From assembly GCA_964016885.1 (NCBI GenBank), contig OZ024762.1, forward strand, positions 9,052,001 through 9,116,000: 64,000 nt of DNA. Reading direction: 5' to 3'. Under the pieces are notes generated by a model. It searched no databases, was not told where the DNA came from, and saw nothing but the letters and a program-made list of their open reading frames with translations. The stretch comes from Eledone cirrhosa. Lineage: Eukaryota. Shown piece after piece: positions 1 to 17,034 of the stretch (position 1 is the stretch's first letter; every line of letters starts with the position of its first letter). Both the position numbers and the translations under genes were made by a program.

Positions 1-157
1 AAAACAAAGTAGAAGTATAAAAATCAAACACTCCTAAAAATTGTTGTTTTTCTTGTCGGTCAAGGGCAATGGTCAATGATTTTGGGATGTCATGTACATG
101 GTTAAATTCCTTCATAGCGGTGGGGTGAGGGCTGAACTGACCTGTAGAACAAAGGGG

Positions 158-402
158 AGGGCCGTAACTCTATGCTGCAAAGCAGGGTGTCTCACGCTCT
201 ACCGATACTGCCATCCATCGCCTGTGCGAGAATATTGTGTGAGAAATAATTGTTTCTACTTTTGGCACAAGGCCAGCAATTATCCCAGTGCATTACTGGT
301 ATTTTATTTTATCGACCCCTTAAGGATGAAAGGCAAAGTTAACCTCGGCGGAATTTGAACTCAGAACGTAAAGGGCTGTAACTCTGTACTGCAAAGCATG
401 GC
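158..402 (-). mobile_element. tRNA-derived SINE (family A), head fragment plus body
   Basis: Minus strand has B-box GAGTTCAAATTCC followed by GCCGAGGTTAACTTTGCCTTTCATCCTT..GGGGTCGATAAAATAAAATACCAG. The same block recurs at least 8 times in the window. Confidence 0.8.
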
Positions 403-634
403 GTGAGAAATAATAAAACTTCAGTTTGTGTCCCAAACCTGAGTCAAACTCATACATTTGTATTCAATCTCTTAGATGTATATACACTTAGATGTTTATA
501 CACTTAGATATATATGCATTTAGATGTATATAGACTTGGATGTATATACACTTAGATGTATATACCTTTAGATATATATACACTTTGTAATATGTTATCA
601 GAAACCATGTCTTTTGTTCGAAATAAATAAATAA

Positions 635-665
<31 letters not shown>

Positions 666-746
666 GAGAGAGAGAGAAATAGAAATATATATATCTATAT
701 ATCTATATATCTATATATATATAGAAATATATATATATATATATAG

Positions 747-809
<63 letters not shown>

Positions 810-887
810 ATGTAATAATATATTTCTCTGTTCAGTCTTAAAGGTTTAACGAATGTTTTAAATTTGATTTGGAAATAACAACAGATA

Positions 888-1232
888 TATAATAATAATA
901 ATAATAATAATTAAAACAACAACAACAATAATAATAATGACAACAACAACACCATCAACATCAACATCAACAACAACAATAATAATAAAAACAACAACAA
1001 CAATATCAACATCAACAACAATAATAATAACATCATCAAAAACATCAACAACTGTAATAACAATGACATCAACATCAATAACAACAGCAGCAACAACAAC
1101 AACAACAACAACAGTAATAACATCAACATCAACAAAAACATCAACAACAGTAACAACGACAATAGCAGTAATAACATCAACATCAACAAAAACATCAACA
1201 ACAGTAACAACAACAATGACAACATCAACAAT
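888..1232. repeat. (AAC/AAT/CAT)n trinucleotide low-complexity tract
   Basis: Directly visible; explains the poly-T/V/L ORFs. Confidence 0.95.
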
Positions 1233-1474
1233 GTAAGAAATCAAATCAAATATAAATAAATAAGATAAATTAAAATTAAATGTATAAAAAGCAGCTGAGA
1301 TATATATATTGAATTTATATGAATATAAATTCTTGTTTACAAATAAAGTCCGATCTGTCTTGATTCAAGTAAAAGACTTTCTTAATTTCTTCCATGTTCT
1401 GCCAGTTATTCTGGTATTTGCTTCCAATATGGTAATGGTAGAATACCTTTCTACCTGGAAATATATCTCAGAGA

Positions 1475-1505
<31 letters not shown>

Positions 1506-1592
1506 TGTGTGAGTGTGTGTGAGAGAGAGAGAGAGTGTTAGTGTGTGTGAGAGAGAGAAAGAGAGGGAGGGAAGGTCAGAGAAAGAGAGAGA

Positions 1593-1660
<68 letters not shown>

Positions 1661-2159
1661 ATAAGAGAAGGTCAGAGAGAGAGAGAGAGCGAGAGAGAGT
1701 ATGTGTGTGAGAGAGAGGGTGTATGAGAGAGAGAGCTATCTTAGTAACGTTCCTTGCTATGGTATTATCCATTTAGTTTAGTTTTTATCTCGCCTCCTTT
1801 ATGGGCACCTTTTCTACTTCACCTCTTTATTATTATTTTTTTGGGGACTTCCAAAATATCTAAGCTGTTAGACATTTCTTTCTGCTAAAGTTTTATTCTG
1901 ATTCATGATTAAATCTTTCGTCGTCGTTTTATTCAGACACACACATACACATATATGTATATATGTATGTATGATATATATATATGTATGTATATATGTA
2001 TGTAAATACATGTATACATCCATACATATATATACACATATATATGTATATATATATACATATATATATGTATACATATATATATATATCATTATATATA
2101 TATATACATAACTGTATATATATATATATAAATATATACATGTGTATATATATATATAA

Positions 2160-2210
<51 letters not shown>

Positions 2211-2680
2211 TACATAACTGTATATATATATACATATATATATATACACACACATGTACATACATACACATATATATATATATATTTCATCATTCTTCAT
2301 TTCCCTTTTTCTGTTACAATCCTTCCACATTACTATTTTTTTTTTCAGCAAAGTTTATTATTCCAAGGTATCATAATTCTTCCATTCCTTTATACCTTTA
2401 TTCCTTTATTCCATGGTGGGTGAACCGCCATTTCTTCTAAATATCCAAACTTATATTCGTATTTGATCTATCATCATTATTTCTTTATTTATGAGCTAAC
2501 TCGGTGTTCACCTGGAGTTTTCTGTTTGTTTGCCAGCTTGTGTGTTTTGGGCGTTTGTTTAAGTTTCCTTTTTTGCTCGTTTCTTCTACCAGGCTGCACT
2601 ACTGATGTAATTATTCTGCTACTCTTGTAATAGAAAAATATTCATTATTCCCCTATATATATCTATATGCCTGTATATAT

Positions 2681-2746
<66 letters not shown>

Positions 2747-2912
2747 TGTATATACTTACATATATCTATATGCATACACGCACTCACACATATATATTAT
2801 ATTATATATATATATATATATATATAAAGAAATATTACATAAATGTCCTTATATTTCTAAGCGGAGATGTGTTCATAATATTATATATACATCCTTCACG
2901 CCACGCACACAG

Positions 2913-3106
<194 letters not shown>

Positions 3107-3464
3107 CACGCTTAAGAATTGTGTGTTTGCGTGTGTGCATAAAATTACATAGGACGAAGACAGCTGCATCTTTACCTCGTCACCACTAGGATGGCGTGCA
3201 ATTTCGTGCATTAAGGTGGTTTCACACTTGCGATGCCAGTTTACACAATAAATTTGATACGCCTTCTTTTAGTAAGATGCATGAGAGACAATAGTAAAAC
3301 AAAGAATGGCTAGGGACATTTACGGGTGTCTTTCCACTAAAAGATTGGTAATACGTAAAAATGTTACGAATATGTTTACCGCATTATCTTAAATATTTTG
3401 ACATTTACTGAAAGAGCTCTCAATACTTGTTGGTAGTGTGTCGAAATGTATTTCATGTATACGT

Positions 3465-7342
<3,878 letters not shown>

Positions 7343-7514
7343 AAAAGACTCCAGTTGCATTTTCGATTCCATCTTTTCCCCTTATACTTTTACTGGTGTA
7401 GGACACCCTCGGTTATTTTTCATTTTGTGAAAAAAACCTCACTTTCTAATATATATATATAAATTAGAAATCTAAGCTTTCACCGTATTTATATATATGT
7501 ATATATACATACGT

Positions 7515-7581
<67 letters not shown>

Positions 7582-8536
7582 TTGTATTGTATCTTCAGAC
7601 GCTAGAGAGTCAGGGTTTTATAACAGAACCTTGTAATACACCCGTGTTAATATGTGATGTGTGACGGACAGACAGACAGACATCGACTTACATCAGACAG
7701 TCCAACAGATTGACAGTGAAACTGACAGATAAAACGTCAGACAAACAAAATGAAAGGCAGACAGTCCGACAGACAGAGAGTTAGAGTTAATATTCAACGT
7801 CCTGTACCACACGAAACCGCATCACATTATAACTCAATTCCTTTAGTTTGGTTTACTGTAAATTTTCACAATCTGTTCACCAGTAAAAATATTTAAACTC
7901 TTTTCACAGTAACAGCTTCTGGTTCTGTGGAATAAAACCAAGATGGTGTTGGTGTTGTTGTTGTTGGTGGTGGTGATGATGATGGTGGTGTTGTTGTTAG
8001 TGGTGTTGTTGGTGGTGTTGTTGTTGGTGTTGTTGGTGGTGTTGTTGGTGGTGTTGTTGGTGTTGATGTTGTTGGTGGTGGTGATGATGGTGGTGTTGTT
8101 GTTAGTGGTGTTGGTGTTGATGCTGTTGTTGGTGTTGTTGTTGGTGTTGATGTTGTTGGTGTTGATGTTGTTGGTGTTGATGGTGTTGATGTTGTTGTTA
8201 TTGTTGTTGTTGGTGGTGATGAGGTTGATGTTGTTGTTAGTGGTGTTGGTGTTGATGTTGTTGATGTTGTTGGTGTTGTTGGTGTTGGTGTTGGTGTTGT
8301 TGGTGTTGGTGTTGTTGTCATTGCTGTTGTTGCTGCTGCTGCTGCTGTTGTTGTCGTCGTCGTCGTCGTTGTTGTTGTTGTTGTTGTTGTTGTTGTTGCC
8401 ATTGCTGCCGTTATTGTTGTTGTTACTGTTGCTGTAGCTTGAAAGAAACTTATAACAAAAAAAAAGACAATAAATCAGAAGAAAAAAAGAAAATATGAGA
8501 AAAGAAGGAAGAGAAAAAAGAAAGAAAAGAAAAGAA

Positions 8537-8572
<36 letters not shown>

Positions 8573-9477
8573 ATAACGATAGAAAATAAAGACAATGCGC
8601 AAACATCAATTTTCAGGAATTATATTGGAAGACCCTCCCCCCGCCCCAACATACTCACCCCCCACCACACCCGCTACACCAGCCATACCTCCCTCGCCAC
8701 CTGTAGAAGATTGACATAATTCCTGTCACCAGACTGTCACACGAAGCTGACATTTATTCTCTCCACCAAATAAATACCACCATCACCACTACAGGTCACC
8801 ACCACCACCACCACCACCACCACCACCACCACCACCACCACCACCATTACCACCACCAACACCAACACCGACACCAACAGCCTAGAGCACCACCAACACC
8901 ACTACCACCACCACCACAATACAGGTCACCATCACCAACACCAACACCAACAACGCCACCAACACCACCACCAACATCACCACCAACACCACCACCACCA
9001 ACACCCACCACCAACACCAACTCCACCACCAACACCACCACAAACACCACTACCACCACCACAATACAGGTCACCATCACCATCACCAACGCCAACAACG
9101 CCACCAACACCACCACCAACAACGCCACCAACACCACCACCAACACCACTACCACCACCACAATACATGTCGCCATCATCATCATCACCAACACTAACAA
9201 CACCACCACAACCACCGCCATACACACAACACCACCACCACCAACAACAGCCAAGACCACCACTGCTTCTGCGAAGCAGATTTTCCTAATGAAAATCTGC
9301 TTCGTAGAATCAAGACGTATCTGAGGACCTTGCGATTTTCAGAGTCAGGTTCGATCATCACATCGATCGTGCCTCGAGCTGGTTGCCAGAGAAACGATTG
9401 TAATATGTCCAATTAATTCCATTCGTCGCAACACTGATTCTCTTTTTTTCTGTCATATATATACATATATATATATT

Positions 9478-9550
<73 letters not shown>

Positions 9551-9560
9551 ATGTATATAT

Positions 9561-9632
<72 letters not shown>

Positions 9633-9635
9633 CAC

Positions 9636-9667
<32 letters not shown>

Positions 9668-9950
9668 GTATATGTATATATATATATGTATATATATATA
9701 TTTATATATATATATACATATATATTATATATATAAATATATATATATACATATATATATATATACATATACATATATATATATATATACATATATATAT
9801 AAAATATATATATATACATATATATATATACATATACATATATATATATATATATACATATATATACAATATATATATATACATATATATACAATATATA
9901 TATATATATACATATATATACAATATATATATATATATATACATATATAT

Positions 9951-10005
<55 letters not shown>

Positions 10006-10017
10006 ATACACATATAC

Positions 10018-10082
<65 letters not shown>

Positions 10083-10172
10083 TATTATATAGACATATAC
10101 ATATATATACATATATATATATACATACATATATATACATATATATATATACATACATATATATATATATAC

Positions 10173-10217
<45 letters not shown>

Positions 10218-10274
10218 TATATACATATATATATACATATATATATACATATATATATACATATATATATATAC

Positions 10275-10314
<40 letters not shown>

Positions 10315-10385
10315 ATACATATATGTATATATATATATATATATATGCATACATATATGTATATATATGTATATATATATATATG

Positions 10386-10432
<47 letters not shown>

Positions 10433-10478
10433 GTATATATATATATGTATATATATATATGTATATATATATATATGT

Positions 10479-10546
<68 letters not shown>

Positions 10547-11633
10547 TGGTATTGAAATTTATTTCGATTTATTCCAATTTTCTTCTCATTCTTTTTTTCA
10601 TCAAATAATTTTATTTTATTTTAATATATTAAACATTTTTTTTTTTTTGGAAATTGCAAAAAAAGCAACAAACAAACAAACGATTTTATTTTGACTTCCC
10701 CCACCCCCTCCCTCCTACTCCACCCTTCCTACTCCTCTTTCTCTACCCCTTCTGTCTCCTCCACCTCTCCCTACTCCTCCTCTTACTCCCCTTCTGTCCC
10801 CCTCTTTGATTACTTTTACTCCCTTCCTCCTCCACCTCTTTTCACTCCTTCTCTCTCTCCTCTTTGATTCATCTCTTCCTACTCCACCCTCCTACTCCAA
10901 CCTCCTACTTCTCTTCCTCACGCCTTCTCTCTACTCCTCCTCTTCCACCCTTCCTCCCCCCCCCTCCCCTCCCCCCCTCCCCCTACTCTTCCTCCCCCTC
11001 CCTACTCTTGCTCCCCTACACCTCTTACTCCACCCCTTCCTACTCCTCTCCCTCTACATCTTCTGTCTCCTCCTCCTCCTCCTCCACCCCCGCCACCATC
11101 CCTTCCAACACCTCTTCCTCCCCCCCTCCACTCCTCTTCAAAGTTGTTCCAGAAAGGTTACAAGGTCACAAACATTTCTTACACCATAGACCAACGTTTG
11201 GTGACTTTCTATTGTAGTTGCTGCTGCTGCTGCTGCTGCTGGTTGCTGTTGCTGTTGCTGTTGTTGTTGTTGTTGTTGCTGTGGTTGTTGTGGTTGTTGC
11301 TATTGTTGTGGTTGTTGTGGTTGTTGTTGTGGTTGTTGTAGTAGTGGTTCTTGTGGTTGTTGTTGTTGTGGTTGTTGTAGTGGTTGTTGTTGTTGTTGCT
11401 GTTGCTATTGTTGTGGTTGTTGTGGTTGTGGTTGTTGTTGTTGTGGTTGTTGTAGTAGTGGTCGTTGTTGTTGTTGTTGTTGTTGTAGTGGTTGTTGTGG
11501 TTGTTGTTGTTGTTGTAGTGGTTGTAGTAGTTGTGGTTGTTGTTGTTGTAGTAGTAGTTGTGGGTGTAGTTGTTGTGTTTTTGTTGTATTAGTAGTAGTA
11601 GTAGTTGTTGTGGTAGTTGTTGTTGTTTTTGTT

Positions 11634-11665
<32 letters not shown>

Positions 11666-11846
11666 TGTTGTAGTAGTTGTGGTAGTAGTAGTATTAGTAG
11701 TTGTTGTTGCAGTTGTTGTAGTAGTAGTAGTAGTAGTAGTTGTTGTAGTAGTAGTTGTGGTAGTAGTTGTTGTAGTAGTAGTAGTAGTAGTAGTTGTGGT
11801 AGTAGTAGTAGTCGTCAACGTTGTTGCTGCTGTTGTGATGGTTGAT

Positions 11847-12068
11847 GTGGATTGGCAGACGGTGTATAGGCAGTATTGGTAGAGCGTCGGACGCCATGCT
11901 TTGACGCACAGAGTTACGGCCCTTGCCATTCTGAGTTCAAATCCCGCCGAGGTTAGCTTTGCCTTTCATCCTTACGGGGTCGATAAAATAAAGTACCAGT
12001 AATACACTGAGGTTGATTTGAGCGACTTTCCTCTTCCCCCAAATTGTTGGCCTTGTGTCTAAAGTAGA
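11847..12068 (+). mobile_element. tRNA-derived SINE (family A)
   Basis: A-box-like TGGCAG..TGGTAGAGCG, B-box GAGTTCAAATCCC (11934-11946), then the conserved GCCTTTCATCCTTACGGGGTCGATAAAATAAAGTACCAG body. Confidence 0.85.
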
Positions 12069-12193
12069 AATCCTTATTTTCCAACTGAGTGGACTGGAGC
12101 AACGTGAAATAGAGTGTCTTGCTTAAGGGTATAACACGCCTCACAGGACCCGATCTCACGAGCCTCCGGTGTATATATGCATTTGTGTGTATG

Positions 12194-12228
<35 letters not shown>

Positions 12229-12749
12229 ATATGTGAGTGTGTGTATGTGTATATATATATATATATGTGTGTATGTGTATATATATATGTGTATGTATGT
12301 ATATATATATATATATGTGTGTGTGTGTATATATAGGTGTATGTATGTATATATATATATATATGTGTGTGTGTATGTGTATATATATAGGTGTGTATGT
12401 ATGTATATATATATATGTGTGTGTATGTGTATATATATAGGTGTGTGTGTATGTATGTATATATATATGTGTGTGTGTGTATGTGTATATATATATATGT
12501 ATGTGTGTATGTGTGTATATATATATATATGTATATATATATATGTGTGTGTGTGTATGTAAAAGTGGATATATCTTTAATACACTTAGTCAAAAGTAAA
12601 TCTGTCTTAATCTGCACTGTTCCCTGGTTTTTCAAAGATTTAAGTTAATTCTAAATACACACACATACACACACACACATAGACACACAACCATACACAC
12701 ACACACAGGCACTTACACAGACTCACACACCGACACACACACGTACACT

Positions 12750-12791
<42 letters not shown>

Positions 12792-13157
12792 AAGAGACAA
12801 GTCAGGATTAGGAGAATGTAATATCATACATCTACCATGTCAACTTCAAATACAGGGCACTGTTAGAGGTGTGTTGGTATGGTGGTGTGGTGGTGTGGTG
12901 GTGTGGTGGTGAGGTTGTGTGGTGTGTGTGTTGGTGTGGTGTGGTGGTGTGGTGGTGAGGTGGTGTGGTGGTGTTGTGGTGTTGGTGTGGTGTGGTGGTG
13001 TGGTGGTGAGGTGGTGCGGTGATGTGGTAGTGTGGTGGTGTTGGTGTGGTGGTTTGTTGGCATGCTGGTATGTTTGTGTTTGGAGGGCTGAGTATATCTT
13101 GTGTTAACTATAATTGACACTTTCAAATAGATATAAAGGGATATATATATATATATT

Positions 13158-13762
13158 GTTATACTTTGGGAGGGTCATGTTGCCAATAAGAAACACGCGC
13201 ACCAGTTGCTTTCACTCCAATTTATTATAAATTAAAATATTTTTTAAAAATAAAATCTACACACAGAAAATACGCAATGTTTAGACAAATCACAGAGGCA
13301 ATAAACAAATGAACTCCAACCAAAATTAAATAGAAAACATGAATGGAATAGCAACATCACAACTTACAATTAAAGACAAAATGAAAACACACACACATAG
13401 ACAAACAACCAACCAGTAACATGTAAATAAACAAATAAATAAACAAATAAAAACACACACAGACACCCGGATGTAACACATGCGCAAACTAAGCACACAA
13501 CACACACAAAAACAAGATGGCATAGAACAGAACAAAGGAGAGGCACAAAACAAAGAAAAGAATCCCCAGTCACTGAAGAGGTCACAGAATGTGTGACGAA
13601 AGAACTTTGACAATATATGAACAACCGTCCAGTTATGGAACCAACCAACCAACCGGAAATTTATAAATTCTTAAATTTATAAATTTAATTTATAATAAAT
13701 TGGAGTGAAAGCAACTGGTGCGTGTGTTTCTTATTGGCAACATGACCCTCCCAAAGTATAAC
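13158..13762 (+). mobile_element. PLE-like terminal remnant: HHR-bearing unit with 79-bp inverted terminal copy
   Basis: 13158-13236 is a near-perfect reverse complement of 13684-13762. Internal HHR at 13569-13611; left edge abuts (TA)n. Confidence 0.65.
13569..13611 (+). ncRNA. minimal type-I hammerhead ribozyme motif
   Basis: GTCA-CTGAAGA-G-GTCACA(GAATG)TGTGAC-GAAA-GAAC-TT-TGAC: helix I 4 bp, helix II 6 bp, minimal helix III. Confidence 0.75.
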
Positions 13763-13819
13763 GATATCGGCTTCAACACACGTTTTCAGATAAAGAATCT
13801 TGCTAAACAAATTCAGAAA

Positions 13820-13868
<49 letters not shown>

Positions 13869-13872
<4 letters not shown>

Positions 13873-13976
13873 AACGAGTAGGACCCCGACGGCTGAGCTC
13901 AAGCCGTTACGATACCCTAAGTATTGAGTACTTTGGTGCGTTATGGTTCACCTGGTTCCTTACCACATTTCCTTCG

Positions 13977-13980
<4 letters not shown>
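13869..13980. mobile_element. rearranged fragment of PLE-like family X between (TA)n tracts
   Basis: Shares blocks with 23201-23322, 30327-30506 and 54771-54961 (ATAACGAAGGAAATG..GTACTCAATAC and CCGTCGAAACGGCTTGAGCTCAGCCGTCGGGGTC). Confidence 0.6.
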
Positions 13981-14053
<73 letters not shown>

Positions 14054-14182
14054 CAAAGAGATATTTAATTTGTTGGTTATTCAACAAATTTATTTATAAC
14101 AGATTCGAAGCACTCTACAAGTTTTCTGGAGTATAATATCAATGATATTAATAAATGGAAACAATATTTATAAAACCATATT

Positions 14183-14243
14183 TATTTTATTATATATATT
14201 TCAAGGGTACCAACATTTTGGTACGCTCTCATCAGATAAAATA
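14183..14243 (-). ncRNA. minimal type-I hammerhead ribozyme motif
   Basis: Minus strand: TATTTTAT-CTGATGA-GAGCGTACCAA(AATG)TTGGTACCCTT-GAAA-TATATA-TA-ATAAAATA. Helix I 8 bp; palindromic helix III. Confidence 0.8.
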
Positions 14244-14365
14244 CAACGAAATTTGTTTTATAAATGGTGACATACCCAAGAAACCAGATCTTATCCAAAC
14301 TGAACCTGAAACGATAAGGTCTTATTTCTTGGGTATGTCCCCATTTATAAAACAAATTTCGTTGT

Positions 14366-14425
14366 ACTTTATCTGATGAGGGCGTACCAAAATGTTGGTA
14401 CCCTTGAAATATATATAATAAAATA
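14366..14425 (+). ncRNA. minimal type-I hammerhead ribozyme motif (mirror copy)
   Basis: TTTAT-CTGATGA-GGGCGTACCAA(AATG)TTGGTACCCTT-GAAA-TATATA-TA-ATAAA. Confidence 0.75.
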
Positions 14426-14557
14426 AATATGGTTTTATAAATATTGTTTCCATTTATTAATATCATTGATATTATACTCCAGAAAACCTGTAGAGTGCTT
14501 CGAATCTGTCTGTTATAAATAAATTTGTTGAAAACCAACAAATTAAATATCTCTTTG

Positions 14558-14632
<75 letters not shown>

Positions 14633-14879
14633 AGAAACAACAGTAGACCGGATAGAAAATTTACTTTAGGATTTTAATTCCGCGAAAGTAGTATACAAAT
14701 TTCGATGGCCCAGCTTTATCATCTGATCATGATGCTATACTTAAATGATTTCATCAGGTGTTATTTGCAGAATTAGGCACGATTACGTTGAACACACGGA
14801 CAATAGATAATAGAGAACCACCTCCCTACTCACTATCATGACGCTGGGGCCAAGGACACTTCGGGTGTCCATGGCCTGA

Positions 14880-15232
14880 GCATCACCTCCCTAATCACCA
14901 CCATCGGCTTCTGGTGTCCATGGCCCTTGGACCCCTTACCTACTTACTTCCATCGGCTTCTGGTGTTCTTGGTCCTAGGACCCTTCCTACTCACCACCAT
15001 CGGCTTCTGGTGTCTTTGGCCCTAGGACCACCTACCTACTCACCACCATCGGCTTCTGGTGTCCTTGGCCCTAGGACCACCTCCCTACTCACCACCATCG
15101 GCTTCTGGTGTCCTTGGCCCTAGGGCCACCTCCCTACTCACCACCATCGGCTTCTGGTGTCCTTGGCCCTAGGACCACCTCCCTACTCACCACCATCGGC
15201 TTCTGGTGTCCTTGGCCCTAGGACCACCTACC
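14880..15232. repeat. 49-bp minisatellite, ~7 copies
   Basis: Unit CACCACCATCGGCTTCTGGTGTCCTTGGCCCTAGGACCACCTCCCTACT; period measured 15041 to 15090. Confidence 0.95.
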
Positions 15233-15591
15233 GATTCGATTCGGACACGGCCTGCCAATTCAGTACTATAGCCATGACAGATGGTCCCCGAATTCTATGT
15301 ATACTTGTAACTTAATTGCTATAAATTAATCCATTGTCTCTCGTCTCTTCCTTCGGGGGACAGCGTTAGGCTTGTGTCAGACGCTGTGACCCCGGGCAGA
15401 CTATCAGTAGCGTTAGTAGGGGTTGAAACTGCCAAAGTCCACCTAAACGGATGATGGATGACCCTGTAGTACTGTGTCCTTTGTTTGTATTTTTATTTCA
15501 AAAAAATAAAAATTTGTAAGGTTTCCCCCTTAAAAAAATGTTTTTCGTTCGTAGTATTGTCCTCTCTTTGTTAATTTTCTTAAGTTTATAT

Positions 15592-15656
<65 letters not shown>

Positions 15657-15750
15657 GGTCCCCATAAAAATATATTTTTGTATGTATATGTTTATATACA
15701 TACAAAATATACATATATATATTGTATATAAATTTGTATGTATATGTATG

Positions 15751-15781
<31 letters not shown>

Positions 15782-15853
15782 GTATATATATATGTATGTA
15801 TATATATATGTATGTATATATATATATATAGAGAGAGAGAGGGAGAGATAGAG

Positions 15854-15884
<31 letters not shown>

Positions 15885-15885
15885 T

Positions 15886-15950
<65 letters not shown>

Positions 15951-16217
15951 TAGATAGATATATATATGAGAGAGAGAGATAGATAGATAGATATATGAGA
16001 GAGAGAGAGGGGGGAGGGGAAGAGAGTTAGATAGACTTGTAGAGATAGATAGTCAGACAAAGCAATAAATAAATATACAGTTATACTATATATAGTGTGT
16101 GGATGTTTCAGACAAAGAAATGAAACCAGTAAATATAGAAGCCACTAGATAAGTGATAGGTGTGTATATATATATACACACGCATTTTATATACACATTA
16201 CATATATATGTATATAA

Positions 16218-16252
<35 letters not shown>

Positions 16253-16281
16253 TATATATATATATATAAAATTATATATAT

Positions 16282-16320
<39 letters not shown>

Positions 16321-16447
16321 CGTATATTTATGCCTATATATGAATGTACACAAACACACATATGGATGTGCACTGTATATGGGAATATATATATAAACAC
16401 CACCACACACACATATATATATATATTTGTATGTGTATATATATAAA

Positions 16448-16661
<214 letters not shown>

Positions 16662-17034
16662 CATAAGTGTATATAGAAATGAAGAAAAACGAAGCAAGAA
16701 ATTGGATAAAAATCAATGAGAATCTGGAAAGAAATTCTATAAAAAACAAACAAAATAATAATAATAATAATAATATCAATAATAATAATAATAATAATAT
16801 CAATAATAATAATAATATTGATGATGAAGAGAAGAAAAAAATTATGAAAAATAGATAAAACTATGAGGAAAATAAGAAGAGATAAGAGAATGGAGAGATG
16901 ATAAAAAGTGGGGCTGTTGAGATGATAAAGAATTGGATGGCGGTGGCGATATATATGTTGGAGGATAATGGGAGAATAAGAGAATAGGAGAGGATAAGGG
17001 GAGAATGAGGGAGTGAGGGAATGAGAGGATAGGA

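Larger units (their letters stand above)
14051..14560. mobile_element. fold-back element with ~245-bp arms, one HHR per arm, inserted in (TA)n
   Basis: 14051-14295 and 14313-14560 are near-perfect inverted copies around a ~17-nt loop; (TA)n on both sides. Confidence 0.8.
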
